Source of the DNA: a virus | Virus record (IMG/VR): IMGVR_UViG_3300021962_000013 | DNA: 37,124 nt | Direction: 5' to 3' (one strand) | Shown: one piece after another, positions 1 to 8,532 of the stretch | Layout: every line of letters starts with the position of its first letter | Position numbering within the stretch: the first letter of the stretch is position 1 | Notes under the pieces: generated by a model | What the model saw: the letters and a program-made list of their open reading frames with translations, nothing else | What the model was told of the DNA's origin: nothing | The model's database searches: none | Translations under genes and position numbers: made by a program

Positions 1-127
1 AGGTAACCTAGGACACGGAGCAATGGCTTCACTTCAGCTTCCTTCCATCGATCGTGTCCACACGGTATTTGACGCTAGGCTTGGTGACCATCGCCTGAAC
101 GCCGTCCCAGCACGGAGCGCAAATCGC
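1..127. repeat. Terminal direct repeat copy 1 (identical to 36998..37124); circular-closure overlap
   Basis: First 127 nt compared base by base with the last 127 nt: identical and in the same orientation. The unique length is therefore 36,997 bp. Confidence 0.95.
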
Positions 128-286
128 ACGAACCGTGAGGCATTTTCCGGATTCAATATCCCACACGGAGAATTCAACGGATGACTTCCAATCCATTAGG
201 TTTTCGCACCGTGGGCAAAACATCACCTGACCGACCGTGGCGCACAGGCTCTGCTTCTCAATCTCCTGTTTGAATTGATCGATCAC
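29..286 (-). CDS. Small four-Cys zinc-ribbon protein (85 aa), function unknown
   Basis: Same frame as ORF-track 29..391. GTG at 286..284 overlaps the TGA (285..283) of the upstream gene (GTGA) and follows AGGGGG by about 7 nt. CPRC ... CAPC cysteine pairs are present. Confidence 0.6.
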   Translation of the reverse strand: MIDQFKQEIEKQSLCATVGQVMFCPRCENLMDWKSSVEFSVWDIESGKCLTVRAICAPCWDGVQAMVTKPSVKYRVDTIDGRKLK

Positions 287-990
287 AGGACACCCCCTTT
301 CATGAAATGGACAGCGCCCTTCCCGTGAACCGGGATATGGATTGCTTGAATTCCACCCCGCGCACCGGCGCAAGCTAAGCAATCGGCGCATGGTGTGCCG
401 CTTCGGTCACTGGCGCACAGGCTTTCCACCGTGTGGTGATCGGTATCGGGGGTGACACGGAAGGTGGACCAACCCATTGACCGAGCGATCACAAGCTCTC
501 CGACCGTGTCCACGCTGGCCATCAACAATTGCTTCCACCCTTGAAGCGATGGCTTGCGCCATTGGTGGGTGTATCCCGTGTGACCGGAGGCAACGCCAGC
601 GATGGCCAGCGCAAGCGACAAGGGCATGTGCGTGGGATCACCATAGGCTCCAAAACGGACTTTCCTACCGACGAAACCCTCGAGGGAACGGAGCGGAGGG
701 TAGTTTCCTGCTTTCCACGAATTCCAAATCTGCAATGGCGCTTGTCCTTCGTTGACGTAGCATGTCCGCTCAACCCCGAACACCCCGTTTTCTTCGTGGC
801 CACGGTGTCTGCAATTTCCGCAGATTAAGCGATCAAGTCCGGTTCGAATCGCGGTGACGGGGTCTTCGGCTTTGCAGAGAATCCAGATTTGAATCATATC
901 ACCGGTCTTTCGATTGTCGGAGGGTTTGGCAAAGCCCGTCGCGATTACGACCCTTTGGGAATCCTCGTGAAGGATAAATCCATTGCTCAT
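283..990 (-). CDS. Cys-rich phage protein, 235 aa, function unknown (possibly GP88-like; name from memory only)
   Basis: ORF-track 235 aa. The ATG at 990 overlaps the upstream stop (ATGA). Motifs seen: NRKTG, CGNC, CYV, GAYGDP, HTGYTHQW, MASVD, and C-x8-C-x2-C-x2-C near the C-terminus. Confidence 0.7.
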   Translation of the reverse strand: MSNGFILHEDSQRVVIATGFAKPSDNRKTGDMIQIWILCKAEDPVTAIRTGLDRLICGNCRHRGHEENGVFGVERTCYVNEGQAPLQIWNSWKAGNYPPLRSLEGFVGRKVRFGAYGDPTHMPLSLALAIAGVASGHTGYTHQWRKPSLQGWKQLLMASVDTVGELVIARSMGWSTFRVTPDTDHHTVESLCASDRSGTPCADCLACAGARGGIQAIHIPVHGKGAVHFMKGGVL

Positions 991-1274
991 CGGGAACCCC
1001 CTTCAGCAATCGGAACGATCGCCCGCAGCAATTTAGTCGGCACCGGCTTCCCATCGCCATATCTCGCGTGCGCCTTGTATTTGTGTCCTCCAACTTGAAG
1101 CGATCGGCCCCAACCCGTCCAAGTTAAGCGAACCTGCCGCCCGTTCACTTCGCCTAGCACCCCGTCAAATCGGAAAGCCGATCGGCGAACGCATGCGTGA
1201 ACGTAGCAATTGCCGTAGCGTCGCGTACACTGAACGTACGCGATGAGGTTCGGTAGATAATGGGAAGGGTTCAA
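987..1274 (-). CDS. Hypothetical protein, about 95 aa
   Basis: Same frame as ORF-track 987..1340. TTG at 1274..1272 lies 6 nt after GGAGG and overlaps the stop of the upstream mini-gene (TTGA). Its stop overlaps ATG 990. Confidence 0.5.
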   Translation of the reverse strand: MNPSHYLPNLIAYVQCTRRYGNCYVHACVRRSAFRFDGVLGEVNGRQVRLTWTGWGRSLQVGGHKYKAHARYGDGKPVPTKLLRAIVPIAEGGSR

Positions 1275-1378
1275 TTGGCACCTCCGATCGCTTCGATGAG
1301 AGCCGTGATGATGATGATGGCGATGAATCCCAACAGGCAAAGAGGGCCGTGGAATTTAGGGGGGATGCGGTGTTTCAT
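1271..1378 (-). CDS. Small single-pass membrane protein (35 aa)
   Basis: ATG at 1378..1376. Product MKHRIPPKFHGPLCLLGFIAIIIITALIEAIGGAN has one hydrophobic helix. It is the first gene of the leftward coupled operon. Confidence 0.4.
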   Translation of the reverse strand: MKHRIPPKFHGPLCLLGFIAIIIITALIEAIGGAN

Positions 1379-1389
1379 GAGTTTTGGAT

Positions 1390-1405
1390 GCTCCGATATC
1401 GGAGC
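1390..1405. promoter_or_regulatory. Perfect 16-bp palindrome GCTCCGATATCGGAGC; candidate operator in the divergent intergenic region
   Basis: Read directly. It lies 12 nt upstream of the leftward ATG at 1378, between the leftward operon and rightward terS. Confidence 0.4.
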
Positions 1406-1504
1406 GCACGCAAAGGAGAACACCCTTGTCAGCGTTCGGCAACTCCAAAGTAAAAGAAAATCCAAAGGAATTGCCAGGTTTACTTTGCGGGGCAAAGTGA
1501 CGGG

Positions 1505-1933
1505 ATGGGAAAGGGTAAGACATTGGAAGTCCAAGGGGTTAACCAGGAAGGAAGGAAAGGGAAGGTGGGGAGGCCTCTAATTCCTGTTTCAGAGGCTGAT
1601 CAAAAAAAAGCCCTAGAAGCTTGCAAGCTTGGGATTCCCCTTGAGCGGGTAGCTATCCTCTGCGGATTCCCAAGCGGTAACGCTGGCCGCTGGCATGACT
1701 TCCTGAAACGCAATCCAAGCTTTGCTGATCAATTGGAGAAAGCCCGATTGGAAGGGGAGTTAGAGTTATCCTCCGTAGTGCGCCAATGTGGCAACGGCTG
1801 GCAAGGAAGCGCTTGGCTATTGGAGAGAACGCGAGGATATGTCGCTCGCGCTCAACTTGATCATACTACCAAAGGAAAGGAATTGTCAGTTAGCGGTAGT
1901 TTACTAGGCGCATTCGGAGGACAAGCGAAATAG
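1505..1933 (+). CDS. terS: Terminase small subunit (HTH type), putative
   Basis: 142-aa ORF upstream of terL. It contains GRPLIP...LGIPLERVAILCGF (HTH-like) and WLLERTRGY, as in small-terminase N-terminal families. An alternative GTG start at 1565 follows the purine-rich GGAAGGAAGGAAAGGGAAG. Confidence 0.65.
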   Translation: MGKGKTLEVQGVNQEGRKGKVGRPLIPVSEADQKKALEACKLGIPLERVAILCGFPSGNAGRWHDFLKRNPSFADQLEKARLEGELELSSVVRQCGNGWQGSAWLLERTRGYVARAQLDHTTKGKELSVSGSLLGAFGGQAK

Positions 1934-1938
1934 GATAG

Positions 1939-1958
1939 GCGGCTATTGGTATAGCCGC
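1939..1958 (+). terminator. Hairpin GCGGCTAT-tggt-ATAGCCGC followed by TATTTA; weak intrinsic terminator or attenuator after terS
   Basis: 8-bp perfect stem with a 4-nt loop, starting 6 nt after the terS stop. The U-tract is short. Confidence 0.35.
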
Positions 1959-1964
1959 TATTTA

Positions 1965-2009
1965 CATAGAGGATCCATGGATAGAGGTCCAATGCATAGA
2001 ACCACGGGG
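1965..2009 (+). repeat. Three tandem, imperfect 15-bp units (CATAGAGGATCCATG / GATAGAGGTCCAATG / CATAGAACCACGGGG)
   Basis: Read directly. Unit 1 versus unit 2 is 11/15 identical, and unit 3 is more diverged. Located in the 144-bp terS-terL spacer. Confidence 0.6.
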
Positions 2010-2077
2010 TATGGGGGACCCCCACGAGGGGGGTGGGGTTATACCTGATACCCCCTCCCCGTCCCTAACCCAATTTT

Positions 2078-3619
2078 ATGGCAGTCAAGCAAATTAAGCG
2101 CAAGAAATCCCCTTCACTCGGCATGGGTTCGCATATCCCTGCTTGGAAGCAGCGGAAGCTATTGGAGGAGGCGCAGCAGCTCTCGAACTTCCCTGAGATG
2201 ATGCTTGGCCTACGCGATACCTATGCGTGGCAGAAGGCGGTGCTTGGGGCTCTGAACGAGAAGCACTCGAAGGTCGCTCTGAAGGCTGCGAACGGCTCTG
2301 GCAAGACGAGCATGGTGGCGGCGTCGGCTGTCATCTGGCACATGCTTCGCTGGCCGGGGAGCTTGGTGGTGTGTACGGCTGGTGTGTACCGGCAGGTGGC
2401 CGACGCTCTGTGGCCGCACCTGCGGAAGATGATCAATGGATTGGGTGGCGAGGAGAACGGTTTCTCGATCAAGGATGGCGAGATCCGCTATGTATACCCG
2501 AGGTTGGTTGATGGCCAACAATTGACCAGCCGCTGCATCGGGTTCTCAGCCAGCAACCCGGAGAAGGCTGAGGGCTGGCATGTTCAGGGTCCGAGTAATG
2601 ACCTGATGTACATCGTGGATGAGGCGAAGGCGGTGCCGGACGGGATATTCCAGTCGATGGAGCGGTGCCAGCCTACGAGAACCCTGCTGATGAGTAGTCC
2701 GGGGGGTAGCTCCGGGTACTTCTACGATGTGTTCCGCCGGAACGACGGCAAGTGGAAGACGTTTACGGTTACCGCTTTCGACTGCCCGCATATCCGGAAG
2801 GAGTGGATCGACGATCAGTTCGCCAGGTGGGGTGAGGGCCACCCGCTGGTCCGCTCGATGATCTACGCGGAGTTCATGGAGGACGACGGGAGTCTGACGG
2901 CTGTACGAACCGCCGACTGGCAGAAGCTGGTTAGTGGCCCACCCAAGGAGGATACCGATGGGCACCGCTTGACCGCCGGATGCGACTTCTCAGCCGGCGG
3001 GGACGAGAGCGTGATGGTGGTGAGGCAAGGGAACACGGTGAGGGGTCTGATCCGCTGGCGGGACAAGGACACGATGGCCAGCGTGGGCCGGTTCATCAGC
3101 GAGTTCCGGAAGTGGAAGCTGAAGGCTGAGGACATCTACGCGGATGTGGGTGGCATGGGTGTGGTGATGTGCGATGCCCTGAGGGCGGAGGGGTGGGATG
3201 TGCGGCGGGTGAACTTCGGGGAGCGGGCCATTCGGGATGATCAGTTCGTGAACAAGGCCGCGGAGATGTGGATCGAGTTCGGGCGGATGGTGGAGGAGGG
3301 GCGAGTGAACCTGGGGCCGGTGGGTACGGATGAGGTGCTGCTCCAGCAGTTCGTGAGCCGGAAGGTGCGGACGAACGGGAAGGGGAAGCTCACCCTAGAA
3401 GGCAAAGACGAACTCAGAGCCCGCGGGGTGAATAGCCCGGATCGGGCGGATGCGGTGGTGCTGGCCTTCTGCGGAGCCGGGGGGAAGCGGATGGACGATT
3501 ATTTCAAGGCTCTGGGCGAGGATGGGAGGAGCCTGTTGGAGCGGATGGAGGATGAGATAGGGGCGATTGAGGGGGATGGTAAAGGGTCTGCGCTTGCTGG
3601 TTGTGAGGTTGGGGGATAG
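2078..3619 (+). CDS. terL: Terminase large subunit
   Basis: 513 aa. Walker A is ANGSGKT and Walker B is LMYIVDEAK. Nuclease-domain acidic motifs are GCDFSAGGDES, ADVGGMG and SPDRADAVVLA. Confidence 0.93.
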   Translation: MAVKQIKRKKSPSLGMGSHIPAWKQRKLLEEAQQLSNFPEMMLGLRDTYAWQKAVLGALNEKHSKVALKAANGSGKTSMVAASAVIWHMLRWPGSLVVCTAGVYRQVADALWPHLRKMINGLGGEENGFSIKDGEIRYVYPRLVDGQQLTSRCIGFSASNPEKAEGWHVQGPSNDLMYIVDEAKAVPDGIFQSMERCQPTRTLLMSSPGGSSGYFYDVFRRNDGKWKTFTVTAFDCPHIRKEWIDDQFARWGEGHPLVRSMIYAEFMEDDGSLTAVRTADWQKLVSGPPKEDTDGHRLTAGCDFSAGGDESVMVVRQGNTVRGLIRWRDKDTMASVGRFISEFRKWKLKAEDIYADVGGMGVVMCDALRAEGWDVRRVNFGERAIRDDQFVNKAAEMWIEFGRMVEEGRVNLGPVGTDEVLLQQFVSRKVRTNGKGKLTLEGKDELRARGVNSPDRADAVVLAFCGAGGKRMDDYFKALGEDGRSLLERMEDEIGAIEGDGKGSALAGCEVGG

Positions 3620-3635
3620 GAAAGGGGGAGAATTT

Positions 3636-5525
3636 ATGATGAACGACAAACAGCGGAACGCGTTGCAGGGCCAGATAGTGGAGGCTGTCGAGCAGCGCAG
3701 TCCGTGGGAGCTACGGCAGACGAGGTGGTATGAGTTGCGCCATCACGGGTTGCGAAGGACCAATAAGCCCTGGCCGAAGGCCGCGGATCTGCATTGGCCG
3801 CTCATCGATACGGCGATCGAGAAGCTCAAGCCATTATTCCTCCAGCAGGCACTGGGTATGGATGTAGTGGCCAGCTTTGTTCCGATGCGCCAGCAGTTGA
3901 ATGCGTATACGAAGGTGGCTGAGGACTGGTTCAATTATAAGATCCGGGACAAGACAAACTTCACCGATGAGGTTCTGAGCTGGGTTGATTACACCCTGAT
4001 GAGCGGGCGCGGGGTGATTAAGTGCTTCTGGAATCCGGGTGATAAGCGGGTGGGGTTTGATGCGATCGATCCGATGTATATCGTGGTCCCGGCGTATACC
4101 GTGGATTTGCAGGATGCGGACTGGCTGGTGCATGTGATGCCGATGAGCGTCAATGCGTACAAGCGAATGGCCGGCCAGTTCGGCTGGAAGGCCGATAACA
4201 AGACGATCGAGAAGATCCGGGGTAACCCGCAGGAGGATGATAATATTCCGGGGGCGGCGACCGAGAATGATGCGAAGCAGTTGCGTGAGGGTATTACCTA
4301 TACGAACAACACCGATGGGGTGATCGTGTGGGAGGTTTATCGGAAGCGGGATGACGGGGTGTGGGAGGTTTATCTCTATAGCCCAGCGGCGGTGGATCTG
4401 GACCTGCGCGACCCGATGGAACTGCCCTATGATCATGGCCAATGTCCGTTCGTGGATTTCCCGTATGAGATCAAGGATAAGGGCTGGTTCAGCCCGCGGG
4501 GCATTTGCGAGATCATGGCTCCGTTCGAGCTGTCCATGACCTCGATGTGGAATCACAAGCATGATGCGATGACCCTGTACAACCGCCCGCTGTTCCGAGC
4601 GGAGCGGGAATTGCCGAACAGCATCAACCTGCGGTTCCAGCCGGGACAGATCCTGCCCTATGGTGTGGCCCCGGTGCAGATGCCGCAGCCTCCGGTGAGC
4701 TTTGATCAGGAGCTGAACCAGATGCGGGCGGTTGCGGAGAACCGGATCGGGAGCCCGGATTACGCGATGGGGAGCGTGATGAGCGGGGGTTCCGACCGGC
4801 GCACGGCGACTGAGATCCAGAGCATCAACGCGCAGGCCATGCAGAGCGGTGATTTGCGGGCGAGATTGTTCCGTATGGCTCTTGGAAAGCTGTACCGGCA
4901 GGCGTGGAGCCTGTATGTGCAGTACGATAGCAAGAGTCTGCGGTACCGGTTCGCCGAGGATTCGCTGGATGCGGATCCGGTGGCTCTGCATGACCAGTAC
5001 GAGCTGGAGCCGAAGGGTGGAATGGACATGGTGAGCCGTCAGGTGATGGTGCAGCAGGCTGTAAATCGTAAGCAGTTGTTTATGAACTCGCCCTGGGTGG
5101 ATCAGGTGGAGCTGGACAAGAGCATCATGGAGCTGGATGACCCGAGCCTGATCAAGCGATTGCTCCGGGATCCTGGCCAGAAGGCGCAGGATGAGCTGGA
5201 GGACGAGACGAAGACGATCCCGACGCTCTTGGTAGGAATCCCTGTTCCTGCGAAGCAGGGTCAGAACTACGCGGGCCGTATCGGGGTGTTGATGCAGTAC
5301 CTCAATGGGGCGATCCAGCAGGGTCAGCAGTTCAGTCCGGCGGCCCAGAATGCGTTCATGGTGCGTTTGGACAGCCTGTTGCAGTTCTATGAGCAGGTGG
5401 CGACGAACGAGGCGCGGAAACTGCGGAAGGAGATCCAGAAATTCTTGGAGGGAAGCGGTTTACTGGCGCAGCAGCAGCCCCAGATTCCGGTTCCGCCCCC
5501 TGAGATGGCGCAAGCCCCTGTTTAA
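3636..5525 (+). CDS. Portal protein (by position and size)
   Basis: 629 aa starting 17 nt after terL. AAGGGGGAG lies 5 nt before ATG 3636 (the ORF track begins earlier, at 3567). There is no motif-level proof. Confidence 0.78.
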   Translation: MMNDKQRNALQGQIVEAVEQRSPWELRQTRWYELRHHGLRRTNKPWPKAADLHWPLIDTAIEKLKPLFLQQALGMDVVASFVPMRQQLNAYTKVAEDWFNYKIRDKTNFTDEVLSWVDYTLMSGRGVIKCFWNPGDKRVGFDAIDPMYIVVPAYTVDLQDADWLVHVMPMSVNAYKRMAGQFGWKADNKTIEKIRGNPQEDDNIPGAATENDAKQLREGITYTNNTDGVIVWEVYRKRDDGVWEVYLYSPAAVDLDLRDPMELPYDHGQCPFVDFPYEIKDKGWFSPRGICEIMAPFELSMTSMWNHKHDAMTLYNRPLFRAERELPNSINLRFQPGQILPYGVAPVQMPQPPVSFDQELNQMRAVAENRIGSPDYAMGSVMSGGSDRRTATEIQSINAQAMQSGDLRARLFRMALGKLYRQAWSLYVQYDSKSLRYRFAEDSLDADPVALHDQYELEPKGGMDMVSRQVMVQQAVNRKQLFMNSPWVDQVELDKSIMELDDPSLIKRLLRDPGQKAQDELEDETKTIPTLLVGIPVPAKQGQNYAGRIGVLMQYLNGAIQQGQQFSPAAQNAFMVRLDSLLQFYEQVATNEARKLRKEIQKFLEGSGLLAQQQPQIPVPPPEMAQAPV

Positions 5526-5533
5526 GAACACAA

Positions 5534-5836
5534 ATGACCTGCAAAGATTGCCGATATCGGGCCTCTGACAGCACTTGTCGGAGGTTTCCGCCCACCAGTA
5601 GACCCACTTGTTGGCCTACTGTGCTTGAATTTGATTGGTGCGGTGAATTTCAAGCCATGATCGCCATTGTCGCTCCCCCTCCGCCCCTTCCGCCGACCCC
5701 GCAACAGCCTATTCCTCAGAGTGGGCCACTACTTGAGGAATTGGTGGAGGGTGTTGCGCCAAAAATCAGGTTCCAGAAGGTTCGCAAGCCCGAGAACATG
5801 AAGGACATCCAAGAATCACCCCTATTCCAATCCTGA
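5534..5836 (+). CDS. Small protein with Cys-rich N-terminus (CxxC...C...C...WCGEF) and Pro-rich centre
   Basis: ORF-track 100 aa. The ATG lies 9 nt after the portal stop. The pattern C..C......CRR.PP...WP.V...DWCGEF resembles small phage proteins I recall without a name. Confidence 0.55.
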   Translation: MTCKDCRYRASDSTCRRFPPTSRPTCWPTVLEFDWCGEFQAMIAIVAPPPPLPPTPQQPIPQSGPLLEELVEGVAPKIRFQKVRKPENMKDIQESPLFQS

Positions 5837-5878
5837 TATGGCCGACTACCAGGGAAAGCGTGTAAGGCTTGGTAATTT

Positions 5879-6037
5879 ATGAAGAAACAATCGAAGTTCA
5901 GCAAACTGGCAACGCAACTCAAGAAGGAGGGCGCGGATGATCCGAGGGCTCTCGCGGCATACATCGGGCGCAAGAAGCTCGGGGCCGCGGAGTTCATGCG
6001 GCGACAGGCGGCGGGTCGGAAGAAGGCTGCGAAATGA
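5879..6037 (+). CDS. Small basic protein (52 aa)
   Basis: Hand-translated: MKKQSKFSKLATQLKKEGADDPRALAAYIGRKKLGAAEFMRRQAAGRKKAAK. Its stop overlaps the next ATG (ATGA at 6034). It falls below the ORF-track length cut-off. Confidence 0.5.
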   Translation: MKKQSKFSKLATQLKKEGADDPRALAAYIGRKKLGAAEFMRRQAAGRKKAAK

Positions 6038-6357
6038 TCAGCACCTTCGCCAAGCTCCGAGCCGCGTGGACATTCGCACGGCACCAGCGATGGGTGGATC
6101 CGCTCCCGTGGACCAAGGAGGACGCCACCGCGCTCAATAGCTTTTTCAAGAGCGATACCGGGAAGAAGTTCAAGGACGCTCTCCTGAACACGGTTCTGAT
6201 GCAGAACGCTTCTGCTATAACAGACCGAAACCATTTGCAATACTCCTCAGGATTTGCAATGGGTCAGGCCAGTCTTGTGAAGGTCATCGAGATGATGGCC
6301 GACCGAGAATCAATTACGGGGCAGGAAGATGATCCGGATTCTGCCACGAACACATAG
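6034..6357 (+). CDS. Hypothetical protein (107 aa)
   Basis: ORF track. Coupled by ATGA to the upstream mini-gene. Confidence 0.55.
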   Translation: MISTFAKLRAAWTFARHQRWVDPLPWTKEDATALNSFFKSDTGKKFKDALLNTVLMQNASAITDRNHLQYSSGFAMGQASLVKVIEMMADRESITGQEDDPDSATNT

Positions 6358-6413
6358 GATCAAAGTTGCGGTTGCTGCGTCTGTGCGGGCCAGCAAACGA
6401 GTATAAGCACAAT

Positions 6414-7358
6414 ATGTCAGATGAAAATATGAGTGCCGACGCGATGCTCGCATTGGCCAGAGATCACGATGCCGGTGTCGATATCGACAGCCAGCCAAGG
6501 GAGCAGGCTCAAAATAATAACGAGTCTGCTTCGGTTGAGCAGGAATCCTCAAATGAGGTGACCGCCAGCAAAGAGAGCGATGGTGGCGAGCAGGAGGTCA
6601 GCGCGAAATCAGAGTCGGAATCCAAGGCCAAGCAGAAGGAGGAGAAGCCGAAGGATCAGAAGAGCAAATTCGCCCAGGAGCAACAGCGTAAGGCTAAGTC
6701 TTGGGAGCAGATCAACGCCGAGAAGGAGGCTATCAAGGCCGAGCGCGAGGCGGTGAAGCGTGAGCGGGAGGAGTGGAGTAAGCAGCGGGAGCAATCCAGT
6801 GCTGCCGAGACCAACTCGTTCCGGGACGACAAGGGATACACTGCGGAGGACTACGAGGCTGCGGCCAAGGAGTTCGATGCGGATGGTGATACCCAGTTGG
6901 CCAAGGCAGCGCGAGCCAAGGCTGATGGAGTCCGTAAAGCGGCGGGTGCCAAGCAGCAGCAGTTTCAGCAGGAGCGTTTTACAAAGACATGGGCCGAGAA
7001 CTTTAACAAGTTGTCCGAGAAGGAGACTTGGTTGAAGGATCAGTCTACGCCTGAATACAAGCGCACGGTTGAGCTGTTGCAGCGAATCCCGATCCTCACA
7101 ACGCTGCCGAATGGGTTATCCCATGCGGTTGAACTGATGAAGCTCCAAGATACTGCGGGTCGATCTCAGTCGCTTGAGTCCGAGAATAAGGCTCTGAAAG
7201 AACAGCTCAGTAAGCTCCAGCAGAAGACCGCTATTGGGAAAAGCGTTCCGGCAGGACAACTCAAGACCGAGGAGAAGGATTTCTCCCGGCTATCCATGAA
7301 GGAGCAAAGGGATGCGCTCATGCGAGCGTCGAGGGAGTTCGACCGGGAAGGCAACTGA
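6414..7358 (+). CDS. Scaffolding protein, putative
   Basis: Highly charged E/K/Q/A-rich, coiled-coil-like product located between the portal and major capsid genes. ATG 6414 is the first ATG in the frame (the ORF track starts at TTG 6366). Confidence 0.65.
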   Translation: MSDENMSADAMLALARDHDAGVDIDSQPREQAQNNNESASVEQESSNEVTASKESDGGEQEVSAKSESESKAKQKEEKPKDQKSKFAQEQQRKAKSWEQINAEKEAIKAEREAVKREREEWSKQREQSSAAETNSFRDDKGYTAEDYEAAAKEFDADGDTQLAKAARAKADGVRKAAGAKQQQFQQERFTKTWAENFNKLSEKETWLKDQSTPEYKRTVELLQRIPILTTLPNGLSHAVELMKLQDTAGRSQSLESENKALKEQLSKLQQKTAIGKSVPAGQLKTEEKDFSRLSMKEQRDALMRASREFDREGN

Positions 7359-7379
7359 TAGCACAACCACAACTCAAAT

Positions 7380-8531
7380 ATGCCAGTTACAACCTCTACT
7401 ACGCTAACCAGTCAGTTCCAGAACTACTTCAGCAAGGAGCTGCTCTCGATCGTCCAGCAGGAGACGATTCTTGATCAGTTCTCGATGAAGGCCCCGATCC
7501 CCAAGAACAATGGTAACAAGGCGATCTCGATGTTCCGTTTCGGAGCCCCGAGCATCAGCAGCGTTCAGACCATTGCTTCCGAGGGTGCTGCGATCAGCTC
7601 CGCGAACTACCGCGCTCTGGCCCTCAACAGCCTGAGCAAGTCGCTCGCTCAGTACGGCCAGGTGATCGGTTTGACCGACATCCTCCGCGCCACCGACCTG
7701 TTCAACAGCTTGCAGCAGGCCACCAAGACCAGCGGTCTGGACATGGCCCTCTGGGTTGACTCGGTGATTCGTAACACCCTGATTGGCTCCAACCTCACGG
7801 CCAGCGGTTCATCCATCGGTTCCGCCGCCGAGGGTGGTGGTACGTTCGATAACTCGGACGCCGTGAACGTCGTCGCCAGCTCTGGCGGCGTGAAGGTGTA
7901 CGGTAACCCCGCCACGCTGACCACGCAGAGCTTCTCTGCGCTGAACAGCGATACGACCGCGGCCAACACCACGATGACGGCGTCCGCTGTCCTCGATTCC
8001 ATGACCCGCCTGAAGCGCAACCGCGCTCCGATGATCAACGGTGGCTACGTCCTGGCGACCGACCCCCGCGTTGCCCGTGACTTGATGCGCGATGCCGATT
8101 GGTTGAACGCCTCCAACTACGGCAACAAGGGCACCCCGTTCTACAAGGGCGAGGTGGGTTCCATCTACGGTTGCCGCGTGGTCCAACAGACCAACTCGTT
8201 TGTCAGCACCGGTTCCGGTACTGCTGCCGATGAATTCATCTATCAGGCTACCGCCGCGGGTGGCGGTCTGGCGGTCAGCAAGGACATCATCGCGTCATTC
8301 TTCTTCGGTAACGAGTCGTTCGGTATCCCCGCCTTGACCGGTGATGATCCGTTGTCTCCGAAGATCGTGATCACTGATACCCCCGACAAGAGCGATCCGT
8401 TGAACCAGCTCGTCACCGTTGGTGTGAAGCTGTACTTCGCCGCTCTGCGTTTGGCCGCTGGTAACACTGGCTCTACTGCCAACCCGACCTGGTACTTGGT
8501 GCATCGTACTAAGACCTCGACCACGCTGTAA
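7380..8531 (+). CDS. Major capsid protein
   Basis: 383 aa directly after the scaffold-like gene. The size, the A/S/T/G-rich composition and the position are typical of an HK97-fold capsid gene. Confidence 0.85.
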   Translation: MPVTTSTTLTSQFQNYFSKELLSIVQQETILDQFSMKAPIPKNNGNKAISMFRFGAPSISSVQTIASEGAAISSANYRALALNSLSKSLAQYGQVIGLTDILRATDLFNSLQQATKTSGLDMALWVDSVIRNTLIGSNLTASGSSIGSAAEGGGTFDNSDAVNVVASSGGVKVYGNPATLTTQSFSALNSDTTAANTTMTASAVLDSMTRLKRNRAPMINGGYVLATDPRVARDLMRDADWLNASNYGNKGTPFYKGEVGSIYGCRVVQQTNSFVSTGSGTAADEFIYQATAAGGGLAVSKDIIASFFFGNESFGIPALTGDDPLSPKIVITDTPDKSDPLNQLVTVGVKLYFAALRLAAGNTGSTANPTWYLVHRTKTSTTL

Positions 8532-8532
8532 T

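Noticed and set aside
3834-4991. 385-aa minus-strand ORF antisense to the portal gene
   Set aside because: It lies entirely inside a well-supported gene. The R/H/L/P-rich composition is typical of shadow frames in GC-rich DNA, and there is no RBS or coupling context.
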